Numbered from the stretch's first letter, positions 6,576-13,550 are shown. The stretch is DNA of 20,000 nt from an uncultured virus (IMG/VR IMGVR_UViG_3300050035_000427) (IMGVR_UViG_3300050035_000427); one strand, 5' to 3'. Numbers and translations are program-made. Notes: generated from the letters alone by a model not told the origin.

Positions 6576-6743
6576 CCGGGCAATGACTTCTAAGCTACAT
6601 TCGCCGAAGCGAATGCTGGTCAACCTTCTCACCAGATCCCCGCCGTTGAAGGCGGTGCTTTGTTCGGACTCGCCACGGAGGTTCCAGCCTCATGGGTCTG
6701 TCCTGGTCTAGTCGCACTGGCCCCTGGAAGGTCCATTGCCCGG
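6576..6743 (-). ncRNA. 168-nt structured RNA, apparently a circularly permuted raiA-motif-like RNA
   Basis: Closing stem CCGGGCAAU/AUUGCCCGG and a cUUCGg hairpin. Blocks CUUCCAG.GGC.AGUG...AGACCAGG, AGUC...CAAAG and GCUUAGAAGU resemble recalled raiA conserved blocks, in permuted order. Confidence 0.6.
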
Positions 6744-6788
6744 AAACTTTATTGCACGAACGAAAAGTAGACTAAGAGGCGGTGCAAA

Positions 6789-6935
6789 CTACTTGATGAA
6801 CAATCCGTCAATCACGCTCTTGGCTTTGTCTTCCGTTCTGACATAGTTCCGGACCACGTAGGTCTCGGCTATGATGCGAAAGCCGCCATCTCGTAAAGGA
6901 TGAATCGTATACCCGCGATATATTGTGTCTTCCAT
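6789..6935 (-). CDS. Hypothetical protein (48 aa, MEDTIYRGYTIHP...)
   Basis: Small phage-type ORF. The start was trimmed to avoid reading through tRNA-Trp. Confidence 0.55.
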   Translation of the reverse strand: MEDTIYRGYTIHPLRDGGFRIIAETYVVRNYVRTEDKAKSVIDGLFIK

Positions 6936-6976
6936 ACGAATCTCTACTGGAAAACCCAGCATATCGGTTAATCTTT

Positions 6977-7051
6977 TGGCGGGAAATAGAGGAATCGAAC
7001 CCCTGAGTTCTGATTTGGAGGCAGACAGTTTACCAACTAGCTTAATTTCCC
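6977..7051 (-). tRNA. tRNA-Trp(CCA)
   Basis: Cloverleaf GGGAAAT/ATTTCCC with loop CT-CCA-AA and G73-CCA. There is one anticodon-stem mismatch. Confidence 0.92.
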
Positions 7052-7091
7052 GTTGAATCCAGACTTTCGGAACCATTACTGGAGGTTCCAA

Positions 7092-7622
7092 TTGAAATCT
7101 TGCGAAAATTGCACTACTCTTCACGATGGTACTTATGGTTCTGGTCGTTTCTGTTCAATTGGCTGTGCTAGAGGCTTTGCCACCAAAGCATCTAGGTTAA
7201 AAATCAACCAAGAAGTGAGTGCTAAACTGAAGGGTAAACCTGTTCGTAATCGTAGTCCTCATAGTAAAGAAGTGAAGGAAAAGATACGCAGAAGCATCAA
7301 TCAAGGATTTCAAATCAAATTCCAAAAGTGGATAGATGACTGGCTTTCCGGAAAGATACATCCCACAAGAGCCAACTATAGAGTAGTGCACAAAGCATTA
7401 GCCATTTTAAGAGGAGATAAGTGTGAACAATGCGGTTGGAAAGAGGTTCATCCGAAAACTGGACTTATCCCAGTGCAACTTCATCATATTGACGGTGATG
7501 GAGATAACAATTCACCAGATAATGTGAAACTGTTGTGTCCAAGCTGTCATTCACTCACTCTCAATTTCATGGCTTTGAACTACTACAACAAATTGTCAAA
7601 GATCACGCCGTTGTTCGCCTGA
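7092..7622 (+). CDS. Free-standing HNH homing endonuclease, paralog of 3426-4052, antisense to the tRNA operon
   Basis: GGAGG + TTG start at 7092. Motifs CENC...HDGTYGSGRFCSIGC and CEQCG...LHHIDGD..NN.PDN..LLCPSCH. Confidence 0.88.
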   Translation: MKSCENCTTLHDGTYGSGRFCSIGCARGFATKASRLKINQEVSAKLKGKPVRNRSPHSKEVKEKIRRSINQGFQIKFQKWIDDWLSGKIHPTRANYRVVHKALAILRGDKCEQCGWKEVHPKTGLIPVQLHHIDGDGDNNSPDNVKLLCPSCHSLTLNFMALNYYNKLSKITPLFA

Positions 7623-7639
7623 GCGAATCAATTCAAACT

Positions 7640-7716
7640 TGGTCGGGCCACTAGGGTTCGAACCTAGGACCTTGGGATTATGAGTCCCTTGCTCTAACCA
7701 ACTGAGCTATGGCCCG
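7640..7716 (-). tRNA. tRNA-CAU, probably Ile2 (lysidine) type
   Basis: Cloverleaf with loop CT-CAT-AA. The GGGCC acceptor, TGGTTAGAGC D-arm and GACTCATAATC anticodon context resemble Ile2. Met cannot be excluded. Confidence 0.88.
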
Positions 7717-7744
7717 AACTCGAACTCGGCTCGTGCAAAAACTT

Positions 7745-7821
7745 TGGTGATCCCGGAGGGAGTTGAACCCCCAACCTTATGGTTCGTAGCCATACGCGCT
7801 ATCCAGTTGCGCCACGGGACC
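7745..7821 (-). tRNA. tRNA-Arg(ACG)
   Basis: Cloverleaf with loop CT-ACG-AA, an A20-containing D-loop and CCA. Confidence 0.96.
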
Positions 7822-7840
7822 ACTCTCAAAATCCATCCCT

Positions 7841-7876
7841 AAAAACCAAATCCCGCCAGCTTGTGGGCTTGGCGGG
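7841..7876 (-). terminator. Intrinsic terminator (attenuator) upstream of the first tRNA
   Basis: CCCGCCAAGC-CCACAA-GCUGGCGGG followed by AUUUGGUUUUU. Confidence 0.75.
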
Positions 7877-7933
7877 TGGAAACTCTGAAAATACCAGGTA
7901 GGATTACGCACTACCTCCAGAATCCAGACCGCC
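7871..7933 (-). promoter_or_regulatory. Antiterminator helix overlapping the leader-peptide 3' end and the terminator 5' arm
   Basis: GGCGGUCUGGAUUCUGGAGGUA (7933-7912) can pair with UAUUUUCAGAGUUUCCACCCGCC (7893-7871), sequestering CCGCC of the terminator. Confidence 0.7.
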
Positions 7934-7999
7934 GATGGCATGCTGATTTCGCTGCCACTGCTTATGCTGTCTCATCGAATTGGTCTGTATCTGTTTCAC
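7904..7999 (-). CDS. Leader peptide, 31 aa (MKQIQTNSMRQHKQWQRNQHAIGGLDSGGSA)
   Basis: SD AAGGGAG, GTG start, and TAA inside the antiterminator loop. Its codons match the downstream tRNAs. Confidence 0.75.
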   Translation of the reverse strand: MKQIQTNSMRQHKQWQRNQHAIGGLDSGGSA

Positions 8000-8020
8000 A
8001 GTACTCCCTTGACAAATTTC

Positions 8021-8054
8021 ATAATACTACGGTTTCCTCTGATCGGGGAAACTA
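8021..8054 (-). promoter_or_regulatory. Putative promoter of the leader/tRNA operon (-10 TATTAT; upstream TAGTTTCCCCGATC)
   Basis: The -10 lies ~11 nt upstream of the leader SD. The upstream motif is shared with 9601-9614. Confidence 0.45.
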
Positions 8055-8061
8055 TTTTTGC

Positions 8062-8185
8062 CAGTGATTACGGAATCCTTTGTAACAAAACACTCAACCA
8101 TGAAGGATTCGAACCTTCGCTATGAATGCACCCAATCATGACACTGTTCAGCACCAGGGGTCTACAAAGGATTCCGTAATCACTG
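8062..8185. repeat. 23-bp perfect inverted repeat enclosing 78 nt that contains an isolated tRNA T-arm
   Basis: CAGTGATTACGGAATCCTTTGTA (8062-8084) pairs with 8163-8185. Minus-strand GAAGG-TTCGAAT-CCTTC at 8102-8118. Confidence 0.9.
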
Positions 8186-8477
8186 TACATTACACTCTAC
8201 CGAACAACTTCTCAAAACGGTTAATGATGCCTTTAGACAGATTCAGGGAGGTACTCGCGTCTTTTATCTCCCAGCCCGGTGGCCACCAGACAATTAGAAG
8301 ATTGGCCTGACGCTTTCGCTCCCTGTCACTGCTCGAGTCTATCCTGTGTACTTTAGGAAGCAAGGCTCTGTTGGCTCCACCGCGCAATGGGTGATGAAGA
8401 CCTGCCCCTCACTCACTTGTCAACTCAATGGATTCCTCTACGGTGGTCTGTGGAGGAACGGTTAGGCGGTCACTGGC

Positions 8478-9551
8478 TCATCGGTCAGTTGGGCATCGGC
8501 CATCGTTCAGACGAAGAGTGAACTGAGCGATATGAACTGGCTCATTCTCTTTGATGGCCTTCTGCCAGTAGAACTGATACTGACTGGCGTAACCTGCCAG
8601 CTGGGCATCCTCCAGTGTGAACTTCACAAAGGGGATGAGATTTTTGCCTCCCTCGATGCCGAACAAACGGGGACCAAGAGCCTTCCTGATTCTGGCATAG
8701 GTGTAGCTGATGTAGATGCCAGGACTGGTGACGTTGCACCAGTTCTCAATGTCGAGGATGGTGTTCTTCCCGACTGCAGCTGAGTTGAACTGCCAGGCCA
8801 GGACGTTCCATGCCAACTGAGGAGAGACTACAGCGTTCTCGCTGGGCTTGATCACCTTGCTAACTTCTTCGAACAGTTCCTCAGCCGCCACAAGGTTCGC
8901 TTCTGCTCCCTCCTTCTCCCGGGAGCGCATCTTCTTGTAGTCCTTGCCCAGAACCAGACCCATCGGCTTGTGCTGATCTCCCAATCCCAGGCTCTTGAAA
9001 TGTTCGTGTTGCTCATACCCTGTCAGATATAAGTCCGGAGCACAGAATTCTACGAAGCTCAGATCGTGTGCTGCATAGGTTGGACGACCGTCAGAGCGGT
9101 ATATCACGACACCGTTGAACATCTTACAGCCTTCGTACTCTCCGGTGCCGGGAGTCAGTGTGTATCCTGTGGGCGGCTTCATGTCCCTATCAAATAAGAT
9201 GAATGGCTGATATCCGGAGATGTGACACCAGTTGTTGAATGCCGTGTACGCTCCCTCTTTCTCGCCAATGGTGACTCCCAGCATTGCGACTGGCTTGGCT
9301 TTGGTGATATTTGCCAGCGCGGCGGCGATTGCCAGGTTCTTGATGTGCCCGACATGAAGGTCTTTGTTGAGGTTAGGTGAGAATCCATCCAGAGTTATCT
9401 CGGATGGTTTGGCTTTCTCAGGCCATTCCCAGACGGTTGGCGTTACATGGTAGTTGTGGTAAATACCCACAGATTCATAACGAAATCCCTTGAGATCGAG
9501 TGGAGTGAGTGAAGTGACACCAACTCCCACTTGTTCAGGTATAGGATGCAT
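8478..9551 (-). CDS. argS: Arginyl-tRNA synthetase-like protein, compact and C-terminally truncated
   Basis: FSPNLNKDLHVGHIKN (HIGH), RSDGRPTYAAHDL, EQHEHF, KKMRSR (KMSKS-like), GIYISYTYARI and EPVHIAQF. SD GGAGAGG precedes the ATG at 9551. Confidence 0.85.
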   Translation of the reverse strand: MHPIPEQVGVGVTSLTPLDLKGFRYESVGIYHNYHVTPTVWEWPEKAKPSEITLDGFSPNLNKDLHVGHIKNLAIAAALANITKAKPVAMLGVTIGEKEGAYTAFNNWCHISGYQPFILFDRDMKPPTGYTLTPGTGEYEGCKMFNGVVIYRSDGRPTYAAHDLSFVEFCAPDLYLTGYEQHEHFKSLGLGDQHKPMGLVLGKDYKKMRSREKEGAEANLVAAEELFEEVSKVIKPSENAVVSPQLAWNVLAWQFNSAAVGKNTILDIENWCNVTSPGIYISYTYARIRKALGPRLFGIEGGKNLIPFVKFTLEDAQLAGYASQYQFYWQKAIKENEPVHIAQFTLRLNDGRCPTDR

Positions 9552-9572
9552 GAGATCTTCCTCTCCAACCAC

Positions 9573-9635
9573 ATTCTACCAGAAGATGCCGGAATAAGGC
9601 TAGTTTACCCGATCTCTGGTACCGCAACGTAGAGT
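9573..9635. promoter_or_regulatory. Divergent promoter region: extended -10 TGGTAGAAT (minus strand, argS-like gene) and -10 TAGAGT (plus strand, probably leaderless macro-domain gene)
   Basis: Read by eye. The plus-strand -10 ends 5 nt before the ATG at 9641 and there is no SD. Confidence 0.45.
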
Positions 9636-9640
9636 GAAGT

Positions 9641-10348
9641 ATGAAAAAGACAATCCGTCTCACCGTGGGCAATGTCGAAACCTCTGGCGCGGAAGCTATT
9701 GTCAACGCAGCGAACAGGCATCTCAAGACTGGTCGCGGTGTATGCGGTGCGATCTATGCCGCCGCTGGCGTGACAGAGCTTGAAACCTATGTAGCAGATC
9801 ACTTTGAAGGCTGCCGCACCGGCAGAGCCGTGGTGACTCCAGCGTTTGGCATCAGCGGATCCAAGTATGTCCTCCACGCTGTTGGTCCGATCTACTCCGA
9901 ATACACTCCCCTAGAGGCGGCTCGCCTCCTCCGCAAAGCCTATCACTCGATCTTTGAACTCTGCTACTCGCTGGGAGTCAAGAATGTCGGCGTCGTGGCG
10001 ATCTCGTCTGGTATCTACGGGTATCCGGTTGAAGACGTTGCGAACATCGCGGCTGACGAGGCCATGCGCACCCCTTACAAGGGCGACATCACCTTCTACG
10101 TCTGGCAGGACAATCTGGCCGTCTTCGAGAAAGCCTTCGCTTCGATCCTCACTCCAGCAGTTCCTGTGATCGTCGATAAGTGCGCTGTATGCGATTTGCC
10201 GGCTGACCACATCGACCATATCGGCCTTCTTGGAATGGGAATTGACCATCCTTTCAAAAGTTCACTGCAGCCAGTTACACCAGTATCTGATCCTGTGGAC
10301 GCGAGCACGCGCAAGGTCTTCACGATGGATGACCCAGCAGTAGTCTGA
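9641..10348 (+). CDS. Macro-domain protein (ADP-ribose hydrolase, YmdB/MacroD-like) with C-terminal extension
   Basis: AIVNAAN..L..GRGVCGAIYAAAG, HAVGP and AISSGIYGYP motifs. Confidence 0.93.
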   Translation: MKKTIRLTVGNVETSGAEAIVNAANRHLKTGRGVCGAIYAAAGVTELETYVADHFEGCRTGRAVVTPAFGISGSKYVLHAVGPIYSEYTPLEAARLLRKAYHSIFELCYSLGVKNVGVVAISSGIYGYPVEDVANIAADEAMRTPYKGDITFYVWQDNLAVFEKAFASILTPAVPVIVDKCAVCDLPADHIDHIGLLGMGIDHPFKSSLQPVTPVSDPVDASTRKVFTMDDPAVV

Positions 10349-10352
10349 CACT

Positions 10353-10607
10353 ATGGCGCCAACGAAGTGGAAGAAAATTCGCTGGTTCTTCAAGATCGGC
10401 ACTGACTACTTTGCCCGGTCTGAGATCAAGTCTGTTCGGCAGTTGAAGACTCCGTCTCCTGATCGAGACGGAGGACCTGATCGTACCTGGATTGTGACGG
10501 TCACCCCTGAGTCAGTCGGTGGTGACCCTCGCTACAGCAAGATCTGGGTCACTGAAGAACAGGTTGCGCCTATCCTGGTTGCTCTCGAGGAAGAGGTCAA
10601 CGGATGA
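10353..10607 (+). CDS. Hypothetical protein (84 aa)
   Basis: Tightly packed ORF whose stop overlaps the next ATG (ATGA). Confidence 0.65.
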   Translation: MAPTKWKKIRWFFKIGTDYFARSEIKSVRQLKTPSPDRDGGPDRTWIVTVTPESVGGDPRYSKIWVTEEQVAPILVALEEEVNG

Positions 10608-10927
10608 TTGAATTAAAAGAACATCAGATTAAGGTTTCTGGTCTGAGGAAGCTCAGTGCCAAGGTCCTTAGAACCAAACTACGACTTGCTCCTGGGTCTA
10701 CCGCAAACATGCGAACGTCATGCAGTCTCGTAGCGAGATTCTGGAGTTTCTTGAGATCTTCTTGTATCTGCAGGTATGTATTGTAATTCACCATGACCGC
10801 CAGCTTCTCGCCCTTTGTACTTATGACGAGAACCTCTTCGGCCTCAATGGACAAGGCGATTCGTACTGCAAAGCCGGTAACTGAGGCGGCCAAGGTCAAG
10901 GTCGACAACGACAACGCACTCATATAG
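10604..10927 (+). pseudogene. Phd/YefM-like protein gene interrupted by a 177-bp internal inversion (10674-10850)
   Basis: Re-inverting 10674-10850 gives one stop-free 107-aa ORF, MIELKEHQIKVSGLRKLSAKVLRTIEAEEVLVISTKGEKLAVMVNYNTYLQIQEDLKK...DNDNALI. Confidence 0.75.
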
Positions 10928-10952
10928 GGATTCAAGATGGGGAAGTGGGACA

Positions 10953-11177
10953 ATGATGTATCCGTGCTTAGGCTGGGTCGATATCTACGAAAGAATGCCA
11001 CAGCCAGGGGATCACGTTGAACTTAGAATGTCCGACGAACCTCATGGAAACTCGGGAAGCATATGTGGAATCACGAAAGTGAACAAGACTCCGAAGTTAG
11101 GAGAACACTGGCCAATCCCGGATCCCAGGTCAAAGGGTAGGATGGTCTGGGTTAGGTACTGGAGAAGAGTTCAGTGA
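10953..11177 (+). CDS. Hypothetical protein (74 aa)
   Basis: ORF with WVDIYERMP, a common small-phage-protein motif. Overlaps the next start. Confidence 0.6.
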   Translation: MMYPCLGWVDIYERMPQPGDHVELRMSDEPHGNSGSICGITKVNKTPKLGEHWPIPDPRSKGRMVWVRYWRRVQ

Positions 11178-11383
11178 ATTTGTCTCGTTCAGTTCAGCGT
11201 CGTGTTGCAGCCCAGAAAGGTGAGCCTGCTCCAACTTTTGAGAACAAGGCCATAGAGGAGTCTGCAACTGGGGGAAGAATACATGAAGCAGTTGAGGCTA
11301 TTCGCCAACTCAGAGAGAAGAGAAAGCTCGCTGCTCCAGTCATCCTACCCGATCCTTCAACCGACTCAGTAGAAGATGTGTAA
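11174..11383 (+). CDS. Hypothetical protein (69 aa)
   Basis: GTGA start/stop overlap with the previous ORF. Confidence 0.55.
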   Translation: MNLSRSVQRRVAAQKGEPAPTFENKAIEESATGGRIHEAVEAIRQLREKRKLAAPVILPDPSTDSVEDV

Positions 11384-11403
11384 CTATTCAGGAGAACCCG
11401 CAC

Positions 11404-12084
11404 ATGAGTAAACTCACCGAAGCATTGCATCATATTCCTGGTGCAAACCTCGTCGTGGACTTTGACGATGATAAACCAGAACCCAGTCATCACCCCGATC
11501 GCGCTGCTGCTCCACCAGCTGCCTCTCAGGGATATCAGCCTCAGCAGCCTCAACCGGCCTCCTATCAACCCAATGCCTACACTCCAGCTGTTGGTGTAGT
11601 GGGAGTTTCCACTGTCGATCCTAACAACGATGCCTACCAGCGTCTGCTTGCCAAGACTGACTTCAAGACCTCCAAGGCTTCGGTGGTCATCGAGGGATGT
11701 CTCGCTCTTCTTGCCAATGTACCAATGGATGATCGTCTCAAGTTCAAGGCGGCGGTCGCTCAGGCCGGAGCACAGGGCATCACAGCGGACGTTATTCTGT
11801 CCACCTTTGACCAACTCAAGCAGGCACTGCAGGATGAAGGCGAGAAGTTCGCCAAGTTCATTCAGAGTCAGCTGGACAAAGAGGTCACAGGCCGGCAGAA
11901 CCAGATCCAGCAGCTTACTGCTCAGGCTCAGCAGATTCAGGCTCAAATCAATCAACTGAACGAAGATTCGTTCGCTGCTCAACAGAAGATTCAAGGCGCA
12001 CAGCACACGTTCGACACCGCGTTCACTGCTCGTTCGGCTGAATTGGACAACGAAAAAGCAACCAAGGCAAATCTACTCAATTAA
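11404..12084 (+). CDS. Coiled-coil protein of the ABC-transporter-associated module
   Basis: SD AGGAG, Pro/Gln-rich linker and Gln-rich C-terminal coiled coil. Confidence 0.8.
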   Translation: MSKLTEALHHIPGANLVVDFDDDKPEPSHHPDRAAAPPAASQGYQPQQPQPASYQPNAYTPAVGVVGVSTVDPNNDAYQRLLAKTDFKTSKASVVIEGCLALLANVPMDDRLKFKAAVAQAGAQGITADVILSTFDQLKQALQDEGEKFAKFIQSQLDKEVTGRQNQIQQLTAQAQQIQAQINQLNEDSFAAQQKIQGAQHTFDTAFTARSAELDNEKATKANLLN

Positions 12085-12118
12085 CAAGTTCGCTGGGAAG
12101 GCGAAACGGAGAAACACC

Positions 12119-13171
12119 ATGGCTATGGAACTGCCCACCGTTGATACTGCAAAATCCTTCTGGTCTCGACCGGAAGGAAAAGTCGGTGCCCTTATCCTTT
12201 TGTTGATCGCGGGTCTGGGCATCTATGAATACTCACTAATCCTGCCCTGGTTTGTCACGATGCTCGAGGATACCGTTCACATGGTGTTTCTCGGATGCGT
12301 TTTGGTAGCCATGGGTTGGCTGCTGTTCAGCAAGACTTCGCACATGATGTTCCGGGTTCTCATGCGCGTCTTCACTGGCTTGTTTGTCAGCGTCTATCCG
12401 ATTGAGATCATCGAAGACAAACTCACGGAGATGAAGAAACGGCGCGACAAGATGAACGCACAGATCTCGGAGGTCTCCGGTCAGATTGTCACTCTACAAC
12501 GGGTCATGACCAAGAATCATCAGGATGCTGTGCAGGGTTTCAACATGGCACATGCTGCCCAAGATCAGGCCGCTCGAGCCAGTGACGATGCTGAGAGACT
12601 CCGCAAGCAGCTACAGATACAAGCCAATGCGCGCAAGGCCCAGAGACGTGAGAACGCCAATGTCGGCTATGCCACACTGCTCCAGAAACTGCAGGGCATC
12701 TACAGCTTCCTGTCCAAGTACGCTGCCCACATCGACTTCTTCATCGATGACACCACAGACGAAGTTGAGCAGAAGAAGATCGAGTACAAGACGACCAACA
12801 CTGCCTTTGGCGCCATGACCATGGCTATGAAGGTGATGAAGGGCAACGCGACTGAAGAAGACATCTACGGCCAAGCGATGGATTACATCGAGTCCGATGT
12901 CAGCCGCAAACTGGGAATCATGGATGATCTACAACGGGTCAGCCAGAACTTCATGGATGGTCTTGACGTTCAGGAAGGTGCTGTTGACACCCAGGCTCTC
13001 CAGGCTCTCAACGATTATGAGCACAAGCTGCTCACTTCCGGCGACACTGAACTCGCAGTGATGCTACCGGGATCAACCCCGCAGAAAGTACCAGTGGCTC
13101 GTGGGTCAGTGACAACGATGCCTTCGTTCAGCAACTCAGGCGGCGACGACTATTCCAGTCTCCTCAAGTAA
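12119..13171 (+). CDS. Membrane-anchored long coiled-coil protein (PspA-like architecture)
   Basis: SD GGAG, N-terminal SFWSRPEG plus 2-3 TM helices, and a long helical region. Confidence 0.75.
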   Translation: MAMELPTVDTAKSFWSRPEGKVGALILLLIAGLGIYEYSLILPWFVTMLEDTVHMVFLGCVLVAMGWLLFSKTSHMMFRVLMRVFTGLFVSVYPIEIIEDKLTEMKKRRDKMNAQISEVSGQIVTLQRVMTKNHQDAVQGFNMAHAAQDQAARASDDAERLRKQLQIQANARKAQRRENANVGYATLLQKLQGIYSFLSKYAAHIDFFIDDTTDEVEQKKIEYKTTNTAFGAMTMAMKVMKGNATEEDIYGQAMDYIESDVSRKLGIMDDLQRVSQNFMDGLDVQEGAVDTQALQALNDYEHKLLTSGDTELAVMLPGSTPQKVPVARGSVTTMPSFSNSGGDDYSSLLK

Positions 13172-13215
13172 CCACCGCTCAGGCGGAATTCAGCAACAGA
13201 AAGAAGAGAGAACAC

Positions 13216-13518
13216 ATGAAAATCAAGAAGGGTCCCGGAATCATATTGGGCATCCTGGTGGTGGGTCTTGGACTGTACTTCGGTCGTCCGTTCTTACTGG
13301 CCCACCTTCCCTCCAACTTCCTCAAGAGCATCGGTGTCAGCAAAGTTGTCATGCCTGACATCAAGGATGCAACAATCAAGAACGTCACTCCGGTTGCGTT
13401 CCCCAGCACTTCTGCAGCCGAAACCTCTGCGACTTTATTTCGCGGCGGCATCTGGGAGTGGAATGCTCAGAGGTTGTTCATACTTAGGGTCTTGAAGTCA
13501 AAAGACCTTATAGATTGA
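13216..13518 (+). pseudogene. N-terminal fragment of a probable ABC substrate-binding (NMT1/TauA-like) protein
   Basis: Signal anchor, linker and IWEWNAQ, then an abrupt compositional change at 13471. It sits upstream of a TauT-type permease and ATPase that otherwise lack a binding protein here. Confidence 0.5.
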
Positions 13519-13550
13519 ACAAAAGAGTATCATTGAGAAAGGTGAAAATC

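Noticed and set aside
6278..6711. ORFs 6278-6583, 6378-6632 and 6478-6711, and similarly 5587-5862 and 5908-6102
   Set aside because: They overlap tRNAs or structured RNAs and translate tRNA-derived sequence, so they are spurious.
6576..6743. RNase P RNA (GAAUGUAGCUUA resembles CR-V)
   Set aside because: No GAGGAAAGUCC CR-I or P4 partner is present, and the raiA-like blocks fit better.
8009..8014. Perfect TTGACA on the + strand
   Set aside because: No -10 at 16-18 nt spacing and no credible plus-strand gene downstream.
8062..8185. Retron msr-msd (a1/a2 arms followed by G)
   Set aside because: No reverse transcriptase in the window and no recognisable long msd hairpin.
10624..11001. 125-aa minus-strand ORF and 60-aa plus-strand ORF 10604-10786 as independent genes
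   Set aside because: Both are better explained as chimeric products of the 10674-10850 inversion.
11194..12006. Long antisense ORFs (11194-12006, 16938-17819, 19433-19993)
   Set aside because: They are shadows of well-supported plus-strand genes and have no motifs or SD.
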